A stretch of 64,000 nucleotides of DNA, taken from Paragordius varius. Taxonomy: Eukaryota; Animalia; Nematomorpha. Numbering within the stretch: position 1 is the first letter of the stretch; each line of letters starts with the position of its first letter. Below the pieces are notes generated by a model, which was not told where the DNA came from, did no database searches, and worked only from the letters and a program-made list of their open reading frames with translations. Below, in pieces: positions 24,530 through 42,285 of this stretch. A program made the position numbers and the translations under genes. Where the stretch lies: the NCBI GenBank assembly GCA_964247055.1, contig OZ176055.1, positions 1,302,001 through 1,366,000 of the forward strand. The letters are read 5' to 3'.

Positions 24530-27529
24530 AGCAGTTGGAAATTATATTAACAAAAAACCGCTTGTGTAAATATTTTATCAACCTGATGATGTAACACATA
24601 TAATTTCTTAAAATATAATTAATTAAAGGCATATCAAACAACTGTAATAATTCAAACGCTATTATGTGATTAAAATTAATATATTTAAATTATTATTTAA
24701 TAAATGATATACTGTTTCTAAATATTTTTTTCGAAGATAATATTTGATAAATTATATTTATTAAGTTTTTTAACATAATGTCAATTTCGTTTTTACCTAA
24801 AGATTGGTCCTTAAACAAATAAAATAAAACACAAATAACTAAATTATGCGATGTGCTTACCCCATTACACTAATTTGTATCTATCAAGTGTGTTGAAAAC
24901 ATTTTTTTTGTAAATTTTTGCAAAATATAACAGTATGAGGGCAAATAAGTTACATTTATAATTGATAGGCGTAGAAGCCATAAAATAAAAGGCTTTAGCT
25001 TTAGTAATCATGTGTCTTTAAAAAATCTCTTTAAAATTTTTAGAAGTAAGGATTGATAGAAATGTTAGGTTCTGTCCACATAGTGTTCATAAAAAACTAT
25101 TCAGGCTAAAATCTGGCTTGCAAGATTCTCTGCTCATTGGTACCCTATTTCATTCATTTGGGTTAAATGGTTTGGCTTCATATAAATTAACATTTAGGCT
25201 ACTTATAAAACAAAAAAGAGTGCCCACAAAAAGTTTCCTATGAAATATATATACTTGTAAGAAAAGTGTATCAGGATTAGAATGATGCTTTTTTGGCCCT
25301 TACGAAATAAATTTTTTACACTTTGTGGTAACTACTCCATCAGAAAATTGCCTATATTGCGGACATTTTGTCAAACTATTTTTGGTGAATGTTAAGTGCT
25401 TCATACTAAAAAAAATCTAAAATATATTATAAACTAATGAAGCAAGACAATATTTTTATAAAAGATGTGTGCTCTGAAAGTTCAAAATATATTCCACCCT
25501 AAATGGGCAAGTTTTCTTACTATAACGCAAAGATGCCAGGATTTGTGATAAAAATTTAATATATGCATAAATTTGACACCAAAAAATTGTTTTTCCAAAA
25601 AATGATTTTGCTGAAAATCTTGATTTATATAATAATTTCTGAAGGTTTCCGTCTTAAAACTCAATGATCGAAAAGTTAATTAAAATATCGTTCGCTTTCA
25701 AAATTATGTTAAATATATGATATTTTACAAAAATCAACAAAATCAAGAGTAAATAATTCTGAGAGGTGGTGGAGTTCAACATCATCAAATTATGTGGTAA
25801 AGATGTGTTATAATATATTTAAATCTTTTTTTACCCTTCTCATCACTATAAAATATGATGAAGTACGCTTCCAAATTTTACTTTGGATTAACACTTGGAT
25901 AAAACATATTCATTTCAATCTTCCAATTTAAATTGGAGTCTTTGGGGACCCCGTCCTGTTTAAAATCAAATATTTAAAATATAACACAATTACAAAATTT
26001 CGCCCTTGTATAACATCGATGCACAAAAATATAAGAAAAGATTCATTTAAAACCTTGATATTACTAAATTTACATGTCATTAGCTAAATATAATAATGCA
26101 CTAAAAACTTTTTCTCTTACATCAATTTATGTATTAAAATAAAATTTTATCTTTAATCTTAGCTTAAAATTAAATATAACTGATATTTTGCAAAATTGTA
26201 TGGAAGCATAAAATCAGTTTTGAACAGTTTAATGGTATTAAATATAATCTTTAATTTAGTCTGGAGTCATTAGATACAATTTAAATAGAAGTGCAGTTTT
26301 TAATCAAAATATCCACTTTTTCAATAGTACTTGTTTTGTTAAAAATCAGAATATGTAATTAAAAATTTTACCGCGCTATCTCTGCATTAGATTCAAAGAA
26401 TTAAAAAGACGAATTGGGACTTTCTTACATTAAACTTTATAAAAATATTAGCTTTTCATATAAAGTTAATAATTGAGATTTTTTTTATATTTTAGTTTTT
26501 AACAAAAAATTTATTTAACAAGATTGGCGTAAATTTTGCCATTTTCAGTTATAGGCAAGTTATCTCAAAAGTGTTAAAAATTTTTCTTGAATCATTCATT
26601 AGGGCAAAAACATAAGGCACATGACAGTTTGGGGCACACCACATTATTATTTAAAATTTAATTGACTTAAATATTTTTAGTATTGGGTAAATTTAAAAAT
26701 ATATTTTTATTGACCCATGATACAAATAAACTAAAAAATGTATAAAAAAATCATCATCTTAAACATTTTTGCCGCTATACGACATGAAAATAAATGTATA
26801 ATATCAAAAATGTAAATAAAAAACTTAAAGCTTCCTCTTAGTAATTATATATTTTGTTGTTTAGGAGATTTCTGAATTCGAAGCTGTAAAAGCTCAAAAA
26901 CCTTAATTTACCTTAAATCATACACGGGAGAAAAGTGTCAATTAACCGAACAAAACAGTAGTTTTTTACTTAACTGGAATAAAAAATTATTTTAAAATGT
27001 TATGGGGTATAAAAAATGAAAAGGTCATGAGGTGTTTAGTGAAGGTGCATATGTAGTTAACACCTTAATTTAAATTGGACTACCCAAAACAATATTTAAG
27101 TTGATATTCTAAAAAAAACATTTTTCCAAAATATCGGGTGTATTGGATTTCCCCGCTTAATTTTTGCTGATTGTTTATTTAAAACACATAACATTGAACT
27201 AAACCTAAAAAGTGGTTTATTGTGAATTACTTTAATATTAAGCTAATGTACACCTATTATGTTGAAAACTTTACCTTGAAGTTTACCCATAAAATAAGTA
27301 ATATCAAATTTTTTTTAAATGAATTTTTTTCATATTTCCGTGCATCAATGTTATATAAGTACAAATTTTTACAATGTTTTAAATTTGCTCCATATTTTTA
27401 TTAACATTTGATTTAAATCAGGCTTGGGTTCTCCAAAGACCCAATTATATCGGAGGACTGAAATGAATGTATTTTAATACATGACAAATGTTAAATTAAA
27501 CATTGCAAAGACATTTGGGTGTGCGTTTC

Positions 27530-31299
<3,770 letters not shown>

Positions 31300-32517
31300 A
31301 ATTTATACAATAAATTTTTTGCAAATAAAGAGTGTACTTTAGTTGATTATATGCGCATAAAATTTGTGCATTTTATGCCATTTATATAGTTAAAAAAAAA
31401 TAATTTGGAATATCAAGTCAGATTTTATTTTGTAATAAGCGACCACTTGGAAAAATTCATACAAAAATATTGTACTAATGGGAAAACAAATCTTGATAGC
31501 AATATTATTATTTGGGTGTACGAGTTGCCATATTTTTATAATTTTTATTAATATAAAAGCATAAAAAATTGGGACCGTTTCCTTCAGTAGTTTTTAAAAA
31601 ATCCAAATCATATTTAGTCTGGGGTATATAGATACCCCAAATTGAATCAAAGCGTTAAATAAAAAAGCTTATTTTTTACAATTTTATGACTTCTAGAGAA
31701 ATTGGACCATCTCTAAAACATGATTAAAATGAACACTTAATATAACGATCATAATATATTGAAACTTTTGTTGGTAAATTGTTGCTGAAGGCTATTTAAA
31801 GCTAATAATTTATATTTTCAACCATAATATACATTTATTTGCCTTTTGCATTGGCTACTAAAAAAATTATAGAAGAAGGTGGCAAAAAAGTTTGAGTTTT
31901 TAAAAAAAAATGTATAATAATGGCCTAACAGGCTAAAGAGCATATTTTCGAATTCCTGTTTACTTTGTACGATATAAAAAATTTCGAATCGCTCTGAGAC
32001 AAACTACCCCAGTGGAGTGTTATTATTACATTTCAATTCGTTTTTATTGGTGAATATATAAAATTTTGATAGAATCAAAATACATAAAAATTATTGAATA
32101 TGGTCAAATCCTAGTAAATATTAAAAATTTTTAGCTGGGTTTATATAAAAGGGAAGTGTTAATGTTTTTGATTAAAGTTACAAGAAAGTTAACGCGATTG
32201 TTCATTTTGTTAATGTGTTAATAAATATATTATAATTAAAGTAATTGAGTCAATTTAGCTTGCACCAAATATTTAATGTATCAGTTAAAAAATTTTGACA
32301 TGTAATTATTCAGAAAAATTTACTCTGCTCATATTTCCGATTTTTAGTTTTAAAAACTTTATTAAAAATCACAACATTATTTGTACTTTTACATTTAGCA
32401 TTCATACCTTTGAATAAATTCTTACGTTAATTTGGCAAATTATAAAGTCATAAGCCTTATTTTTTTTAGTTCGGCCACAGAGGAAATATTTTAAGGCTAT
32501 AAAATAGTAGATTTGTA

Positions 32518-35500
32518 ATGAACGGATTACACGACGAACATTCACCACAAAATGTAGGCATAATTTTAATCGATTTGTATTTTCCAAAACTTTATGTGGA
32601 TCAAAATGAATTGGAAAAGTTTGACAATGTTTCCAAGGGTATATAAATTGCATAATAATTACAAATAGGTAAATACGTAATTGGTCTTGGACAAAATAAA
32701 ATGGCTTTTACCTCTGATTGTGAGGACATCAATAGTTTGTGTCTCACCGTCGTAAACAATTTGATGGAAAACGCTGCCAAAATGGGAATTACATATGAAA
32801 TGATTGGCCGAATGGACGTGGGAACTGAAACACTCATCGACAAATCTAAAAGGTATCCAAATTAGTATGTATTAAGATTTAAGTAAATTTTAATAAAATA
32901 ATTGATTTTAAACCATAATTTTATACCTTAATTTGATTTGTCTAACGATAGATATAATTTTGTGTTACACAGACATTTTATTTCTCAATAATACTCATAT
33001 ATAGATATAAAAATAAGGTTTAAAAAAATTGGTTTTTCTTATCTTGTAATTTTTAACTTTTGTTTTAATAACTTTATGCCAATTTTTACTGTAGTATTAA
33101 ATCGACACTCATGCAATTATTTTCAAATAATTCTTCTGATTCTCAAACTCCGGCCTATGATATTGAAGGCGCTGACAATATTAATGCGTGTTATGGGGCG
33201 ACCGCGGCCCTTTTCAATGCCATTAATTGGATCCAATCTGAATCCTGGGATGGTTTATTTTTGAATATTTTGACTTTTTATAAAATATGAAAACTTGATA
33301 TTAGTGTTTTGATTTTGTATTATTTCGTTTTCTGTTAAAAGTGGAATATGCATTTTAATTGATTAATGTTTTGCTTTAAAACAAAATAGGCTACATGGGT
33401 TTTTAATTACAGTGTACCCCTTATTTCCCAAAAAATACATGAGTCATAATCTGCATCATGCAATAATTTATATTGAAAATAATATTTTACAAAATTCTGA
33501 AAAAAGAAATATATATATATATATATATATATTAAATAAAAAATAAATAAGTTTCATTTTAAAATTTTTGGCTTTTATTATGTGATGACAGTTTTCGATA
33601 TAATAACCAAAAAATTAGTGCTTTATCCCGGGAATAGATAAAGTTTAAGATGAAAAGGATTATTAAATAAAAAAAGCTTACATTATAATTCAACAGCGAA
33701 AACGAATTTAACTCTAAATAAAATAAGCTTATCACCATAAAACAACATGGTGAAATTGTGTATCAAACTTTGTAAATATACGTATTAAGTAAAATAATTA
33801 TAAAAAAAATCATCATAACCAACAAGGAATACGAATTTAAATTTAAATAAAAAAAGATCATCATAACCAACAAGGAATACGAATTTAAATATTAATAAAA
33901 AAATCTTGTCATTATAAACAACAGGGTGAAATTGTGTGTTAAACTTGTAAATACGTATTAATTTTAAATTATAATTTAAAGTTTTATTTTTTTTTATTTG
34001 TTAGGGAGGTATGCTCTTGTCGTAGGAGCTGACATTGCAGTTTATGCGGAGGGTGCTGCTCGCCCAACCGGAGGTGCGGGGGCTATAGCTATGCTCGTCG
34101 GTCCTAATGCTCCTTTACTCATTGATCCCGGTATAAATTTAAAGAGAGATTTAGATCTTTTTTTGCAAATGACTTTTTCTTTTTTTGAATTTGGATGTGT
34201 TTTCTTGTTTTTGAATTGGGTTTGCTTTTTTATATATTTCTTTTAGATATATATTTAGTGAGAGATTTCCTTTTTGAAATGATATATTGTTTTTTTACAT
34301 TTTATGAAAGATTTACTTTTTTGAATTTGGATAAGTTTTTTTTAAAATAATAGGTTTGCTTTTTTGGGTTAAATTTCTCTTTTAAATATTGATTTAGTGA
34401 GATTTTCTTTTTGAAAATGAATATCAATTAATTAAATTATTAGATATGCTTCTTTTTTGAAATGATATATGCATTTTTGGTTAAACAAGATATACCATTT
34501 TTGATAAAGTGAAATTTGCTTTTTAAATATCTTTTTTTGCATTGTTTTGAAATGAAATTTATTTTAATGAGATTTTTCCGCTGAATTTTGTTTAAATGGT
34601 TTTTAACTATAAGGGCAAATGTTGCTTTTCTGATAAGGAATTTATACGTGGATTTAAGATGATGGATATTACAATAAAAGTTAAAACCAAGCATGCCACC
34701 AAAAAAGATATGGAATAGTTTTTGAATCTGGTACAGATTTGGATTAAGTTATTAGTTATTTTCTGGATTACATTTTAATGAAAGACATATTACAGCAATT
34801 ATTAAGAACATTAGGTTTAAGGATTTTTCACAAAAAAAAATAATTAAAAATAGGATTTTTTAGAGATTCGAACCGTAAAATTTTGCCTTTTTAAAACCAT
34901 ATGAACTACATAATATAAAACAAAAATGTTTACAGAATATGCAATCTGTTTTTTTACTTTTATATGAATTAAGTTTTTAAAATGTTTTTTAAAAAACTGG
35001 TAACATATATCCAATTTTTTTATGCTTATATCTTTATCACTTTTAATCCACACACGTATCAAAATTATAGAATATTTTTATGTTTTTTTGAAAAATTAAA
35101 CTGAAATTAGGAGCCTTTGAGTGGAAAACAATGAAAACCCTAAAACGGTTTTTGTAAATTATTTAGTACTTATCCAAAAAAATAAAGATAAAAAATATGC
35201 GAAAAAAGCGTATATAAATAAATTAGTTTTAAAATAAAAACATATTTTATTTATATTTGAAAGGATCATTAATGATATCAAGGATATCGATTCATATAAC
35301 AAAAGTATATGTTACATCTCTTAATTTTTGTACGTTTTTTTTTCATATTTATATATAATATATATATATATATATATAGATCTTTGAATATATTAATGGT
35401 ATTATAATATATTAGATAAAAAAATTCGTATAAAAAAATGTGCTTACTAGCTTTGTTTTATATCAAAACTATTTTGAGATAAGATTAAATTAAAACAGGG

Positions 35501-36637
35501 AAAAAAGATGGTTGTGATAATAAATTATTACAATATTAGTAGAATTAGTAAAATTATATGTGCACAGCTTGAATTTTATTTCAAAGTAAAATAATGGTTA
35601 ATTTTATTATTAAACATGAGAAATATTCACAAAGCTTTATTTTTTTCAGGTTTTGAATAAATTGTATAATTTTTATTTTTTCAACTTTATTTATTTTGCG
35701 CAGGACGCGTTAGTTGGTATTAATTATTAACTCTATTTTTAACAAATATAGTTATGCTATGATGATTTAAAATAAAATAAACACGAGTACATAGAATAAT
35801 TTTAACCTAAAAATTTTAACATAATTTAAATAAATTATAGCATCAATTTTACTATTTTTTTCCAAAAAAATAAGCGTCTTCCTTATTTAAAGTTATTTTT
35901 ACCTTTAATTTTTGTTTTATTATTATCTTTAGTGCGATGCAGTTTTTCCAAAAATCTGTATGATTTCTACAAACCACGTTTGGATAGCGAATACCCTGTG
36001 GTGGATGGACCATTGTCTATTAAATCGTACATTCAAGCTGTAGATTTTTGTTACACCGGTTATCGCCATAAAATTCAACAAAGTTGGTTTATATCTGCTT
36101 TATTCCTGCTTAATTATGATGTTAAGAAACTCTAATTTTTCGGTTAAAAACTAAAAATTTATACCTTATAAATATTCCTATGCCAATGACGAAATTGACC
36201 CTTTAACTAACATTAACCTGGATGAAATTTACCTTAAAGTATTATTATTATTATTTATTTATCGGGAAAAATTCCTTAACTACTATATTAGAGCGCGAAA
36301 ACAACAAAATGATATAACCTCTAAGAAATAAATAACTAGAGTTTTTGTTCAGTATAATTTGATATGCGTATAAATAAAATATTTAAAGGTGAATTTAAAT
36401 GGTTAGGTTAACATAAAATGTTTTAGTTAATTGAATGTAGTAATATAGGATCAAAAATTGCTTAAATGAAAATATTATAGATTAGGAAAATTTGTTGTGA
36501 AAAAAAAGGTTCATTGGTAGCTAATTAAAACTAATTACAAAACTATAAAGCTTATTTTTGAAATTAAAAATGTTTTTATGGTGTTAAGGTCAATTAAGAT
36601 TCTCATAACCGACCGCATTTACAAATTTCAAAGTTAA

Positions 36638-36668
<31 letters not shown>

Positions 36669-39600
36669 GCGAAATTGATATGTCAAAACTCCTAGTTAAA
36701 TAGTTGTGTCATACTAATGAGTGCTAACAAGCACGAAATTAGTCTGCGATCCTTTTTAACGACAAAGGATTTTACATATCATTTTGATTTTCAGTTTAGT
36801 TTTCATTTATATCATTTGACTTTTTATCGTTATTTCACGCATTTAATTTATAAAATAATTTTTATAGAATTTCCTAAAATTAGGGGTTAAATTTTATTGT
36901 CAACTTTGTTTTTAGGCAAAAATGGTTCCCAAGAAGCGACTAGCCCTCATGTTTCTACATCCAACGCATATTTTGATTTCCTATGTTTCCATTCCCCCTA
37001 CGCTAAATTGGTGGAAAAATCAGTTGCTCGTTTAGCTTATCTCGATCTCCAACATGCAAACACTTTGTTGCTAAACAATACAGGAAAAAGTTCCCTGAAT
37101 AATAATAATCTGGAAGAAATATTCATGCAATGGCCAAATGTGAAAAAGCATGTGTAAGAAAATGAAATTTTATGTTTTTTGGTTTAAAAAATGTTATTTT
37201 TGAAGGGGGGATGTTTTTGGGATTTTATGATTTTGTGATAGCCTTAAACTTAGGTTTTTGGATATAAAAATATGGAACACGTTGCTAGTATAAACCTTGA
37301 AATGTGATAAATACTTAAATGTTTAACCGAATTTTTAATAGCAAAGTTTAATCTTTATAAAAAATTAGCTTAACGGTTGCTTATTAATGGATAATAGTAA
37401 CAAAAAAAGAGTTGATGATTAGTATTTTTTGAAAACCCACTTTTATAATATATTTCTCGTTCCCTTTCTTGCATCTCTGATTTATATTTTATTTTTAATG
37501 TCATTTTTAGGCTTTATTTTTACTGCAATATCGAATAGATAATATACTTTCAATACTATTTAATTTTTGAAATTTATTTTTTTTATATTTTACAATTCAT
37601 TATTATTTAACTTTTGGTAGCCTAACTATTTAAACTAAATATTCTTATCAAATATGAAAGGATTGGAATTTATAGATATCATTATTTTAACCATTAAATT
37701 ATCTGATAAAAATAGTTGATATTGGGGTCTGAAACATTTCTATTAACATGCCCTCTTTATTCAATTAAATTATAAATGTGTGTTTTTGTTAGGTCCAAAA
37801 AACCCGAAGACACCTATATGGATAAAGAATTAGAAAAAGATTTTTGCAATTATGCCAATAAAACGATATTTCAAACTAAAACATTACCTGGATTGTATGT
37901 TGCCAAGAATATCGGTATGACTTTACAAGAAACCTATTATTATAAAATATTTCAAAATTAAATCTTTTTATAAACTATGAATTTATAGTGTTTATTTGAA
38001 TATTTTTAAATTGTTCAATATTATTATATATGATTTAATTCAGCAAAAATAATATAAATTTATTATAATATTTCGATTACTACAAGTAATCTTTGTCAAA
38101 CGTAAAAAATAAAATAAAAATATAAACTAAAATTTAAATTATAAAGTAAAAATATTTCAATATTAGTTTTATGTTTAAACATATTTTTTCAGGGAACATG
38201 TATACCCCATCTTTGTATGGATCACTCATCTCCACCCTTATTCAGTAAAAATTATTATATTTTTAATGATATATATATCGTTTTCTATCTTTCGAAATAT
38301 ATTATAGTTTATATCTAAAAAAATTATATGGCAATAAATAAATGATGTCATTTAAAAACTAAACTACCCACGTTTAACTAAGAACTTTTTTTTATTTTTT
38401 TTAACAATATTAGCGTATTTGGTATGGCGCAAAAAACGACAAACTCTGAAACAACTTATATCAATGGTGTAAATAGCCAGGAAACTGCTCAGAAAACCCC
38501 AAATTCAGAAAATGGTTTTTTGGGGTCGGGTGATGGCCCCACAATAAATAATACGGTAAAAATTGAAATTATGCAGACAAGAAAATATTTTTTTATTTTT
38601 AGGTTGAATATATATAGATATTGTGTGTTTGTTAATTAAATCTACGCTTTTCGTAACTCAAAATTATCGGTTATATTTATAAAAAATCAAGGAAATACAA
38701 TATGATTGGTTATCCTTATAAAATAAAAATATGAATCCTTTACTCATTATTATATGTTTTGTTTTCATATGTATAAACTCAAATTTTTGATGCATAATTC
38801 CATATAGCAAAAGCTGAAAATTGGTATGTTTTCTTATGGTTCTGGAGCGATTGCAACTTTTTTTACCATTACAATGTATCCTGAGCGTGTTTCACCCCAT
38901 TTGAAACAAATGTTACATAAAATATATTTCCGTTTACACGATGAATCTCAAAGGATTAAAGTTTTGCCGGAAACATATGCAAAAACTTTGAAATCTCGCG
39001 AGGAAACGCATCTATCAGGTAATATATATACTTGTAGATCAAACGCATATATTGTAAAACGTTGTATGATTTTCGTAATCATGAGAAAGGTTTTTCATTT
39101 TAATGGTTGCTTATCACTATAGTAGGGCAATTTTCAAGACAGGAGTATATAGAAAAAAGTATAAATAATTGTTTATTCAACAACATTTTGTTGTTTTTTC
39201 CATACACTACTGTGTTGCTAATTTGCCCTACTATAGTGTGAAATAAGCAATTATTAATAAGCATACTGTATAAGGTGTTGGGTAATATATAACCTCCTAC
39301 TATTTCTAAAATTTTGATTATTTATATAAGTTGTTTAATTAAGTATAATGTTATATGTTAAAATTATCGGAAACATGAAGAGATTGATAGAATACATACA
39401 CTTTATATTAAAAAATTTGATTGAAAATTTTATATGACTTTAATTAGGAAATAAGTTTAAGTTTTTGTTTAATGAAGCAAAGTTAAAATAATAGCGCATA
39501 CGGATTAGGTCTATGTAAATGAGTAGATCAAAATTTGAGATATGATAATTTTAAAAGGGGCATGTTTGTAATTTCAATTCGGTTTATTCACATGGTTTTT

Positions 39601-39827
39601 TGGTATTAGTTAAAAATCCAATACAAAAAATTAGTCTAAACTAATTTCCATTGCAAAAAAATTTTATTCTACTATTCTGGACTTACTATAATAAAAATTT
39701 ATCTAAATAACTTTTTGTAGCGCCATATACTCCAGCAATACATACGGAAGAATTATATCCCGGTACTTTCTATCTAGTCAATATGGATGAAAAATATCGA
39801 CGTACCTATGCTAAATTCCATGATTAA
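32518..39827 (+). CDS. HMGCS1: Hydroxymethylglutaryl-CoA synthase, ~536 aa (exons 32518-32638, 32669-32852, 33095-33252, 34005-34130, 35933-36082, 36916-37153, 37793-37914, 38193-38244, 38414-38555, 38808-39018, 39721-39827)
   Basis: [21 protein letters not shown] (catalytic Glu), [13 protein letters not shown] (catalytic Cys), [18 protein letters not shown] (catalytic His), [23 protein letters not shown]; 1611 nt in frame; no mitochondrial presequence seen. Confidence 0.96.
33735..33960 (+). repeat. Local tandem duplications (~50-bp unit) in HMGCS intron 3
   Basis: ATCATCATAACCAACAAGGAATACGAATTTAAAT occurs twice in tandem, flanked by a second duplicated block (GGTGAAATTGTG..TTGTAAAT..CGTATTAA). 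Confidence 0.75.
34150..34630 (+). repeat. Diverged T-rich minisatellite in HMGCS intron 4
   Basis: Recurring TTTTGAATTTGG, GTTTGCTTTTT and GAGATTT..TTTTGAAATGA blocks. Confidence 0.55.
39096..39262. mobile_element. MITE family G copy in HMGCS intron 10
   Basis: CACTATAGTAGGGCAATT...AATTTGCCCTACTATAGTG inverted arms; homologous to 29304-29481. Confidence 0.75.
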
Positions 39828-41859
39828 TATCCACAATATTTTACTTTTTTATATCCACTTTAATTAATTTGTGCACACTAAATCACCTTTTAAACAATTT
39901 AATGAATATCCACCATAAATAATTTTGTAAACACAGCACTGTGATTTATTCATAAAATTTTTTATTTTGTTCGTTTTTTAATTAGTCAATCCATTTTTCA
40001 TGTATAACTTCATTTATGAGGTTCATTGCTCAATGACTAGTAAATGATTATTTATTGTTTTTCATTTCATAATTTTTGCACACATGAGAATAATCTGCAA
40101 TTATTACATAATTTTTTGAATAACAGACTATTGTTTTTAATTATAATATTGAATATATTGGTATTAGGTTAATAAATTCAAAATCCCCTATAGTCCAAAA
40201 ACTATAATTATAATTTTGTATGGTGTTTATTGCATAAAATCAAACTAAGTTTGTAAAGACAAAATGTAAACTAAAAGACAAATTTTAGAAGCCATATATT
40301 TTAACTTATTTCTTTTCTTATAGGTTGCAAGTTAAAAAAATGTAAATTGGTAATACAACCCATTTATTTTACAATCAAAATAATTTATATCAGATAAAAA
40401 AATATTGGTTTGAAAAAAATTTTTTCTTTTTTTTGTTTTAAATGTATTTTAACTTAATTTATTTGCACATTTGAACAAATACTAGGCAAAATTATAATTG
40501 AAATCAAAATTACCGTTGTCACGAGTGAAACCAAATGACGTTGCGGGACCATTCGACCTGAAAAATTCAGCGGGTCCGATTTTAAAATAGATAGCCATTA
40601 ATAAATATTTCATTAAATTTTCAACATGAGACTGTATCGGCACAATATACTATATATATCACCAATTTTTAAGTTCGTTTTTGAAATTTTTTAACTTTAA
40701 ATTTGTTTAATAATATCGATTTTACCAAAATTTTGGAAATATATTTTATGGTATTTTTCCAAATTTTTTGCGCCCGAAATATCCCGGAGGATCGCATGTT
40801 GGACTCCCTTGGTTTATACTCTAATAAATATTTTAATGATTCTGATCCGAAACCCCAAAAAGTATGTATAAAATTTGAAGTCCTTTTTCCTAATATAATA
40901 TAATGAATGTTAGTTTACCTTAATTTTATAATATGTTTAACTAAAAGTAGTAATTATCAGCAGTTAAGAGCATTTTGGTTTTTTGCATTTATTCGGATTT
41001 TAGCAGCCTTGTTTAGGTTGTGAATGTCCGTACAAAGAACTATGGTTGTCGCACTGTAATTTAATTGCAGAAATCTTTGTTGTTTAAAACGCTTGAATTA
41101 ATTCTCAAATCTATATTCAAAATAATAAAAGATTCGTAATTACTCAATCATTCTTTAGTAATTTTTTAAAATCTTCGTTTTTCTCAGTGAATTATTTGTT
41201 ATGATATAGTGGTGTAGAGTTATATTTAAGTATTAATATATTTAATAGATACCACAAATCAGTGTATTTTGGTTTTCCTGATAAATACTCAATCATTTTA
41301 GTTAAAAGAAAATAGCTTTCATAAACATCTTCCTACTTTACAAGTTGCAAAAAATCATTTCCTGACTATTATTATGGTTAGAATAGTTTGGGAAAACAAA
41401 AAGAATTTTTCATTGTAAATCAATGTAGATGTAAGTGAAAGTATTTGTATTAAATATTTAATGCTAATTATATTATTAATATATTTATAATTTGTCCAAA
41501 TTTTTATGTATTGGATTCTGAAAATATGGGTAATTTAATTATATTTTATACGATAATATATTATATTTCTCTGTATAAAATTGGAGTTTTTAGAATCATA
41601 ATATTCATTATTTGCTATTAACAACTATTTTATGTTAACAATTTTTATAAATTATAATGAATTCATCGCTCTTTATCATTTAAAGTAAAAGAAACCTATT
41701 TTAAATTAGATATTGGTAGAGTTTGGATGAAATTGTTTAAGGTTATTAAATGCATATTTTTCTATTGTGGAATTAAGGCTGAAAAATTTATGACTACAAT
41801 AGTTAAAAGCAACAGTTTTATAAGCGGTTTTTGCAAATTATGGATTCCAAATTTTTGGT

Positions 41860-42110
41860 GGGCCGCACACAAAATCTCGGGGGCTGCCTGTTGTCCACCC
41901 CTGGTATAAAAACAAGAATACTTTGACATAACATGGACTATTTCTCAAAACTCAGCCCCAACTAGTTCAAATATAAAAATTTAAAATCTTTTTAGAATAA
42001 TTTAATGTTAGTAATCTCCATAAAAATTTAAATTTATGTCAAAATAAGACTTTAATATATAAAACATAATTATATAAACCAGGGGCGCCCAACACGCGGG
42101 CTGTTGCGAA
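41860..42110. mobile_element. Two hAT-type termini (right end ..GTTGTCCACCCCTG at ~41890-41903; left end CAGGGGCGCCCAAC at ~42079)
   Basis: Both match CAGGGGTGGGCAAC-type hAT ends; element bodies were not delimited. Confidence 0.45.
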
Positions 42111-42285
42111 TATGAGTAAAATGATTTTATTTAACAAATATTCTAAAGAAAATTTTCCGAGTCATTTCAACCGTTTTTACATTAGAGGTAAAGTTAGAGA
42201 GTCACAGAATTTAACCCATTTAATTCAACCATTTTTAACGTATCGTATCACACAGTACATAAATAGATATGAACAATAAATCCTT

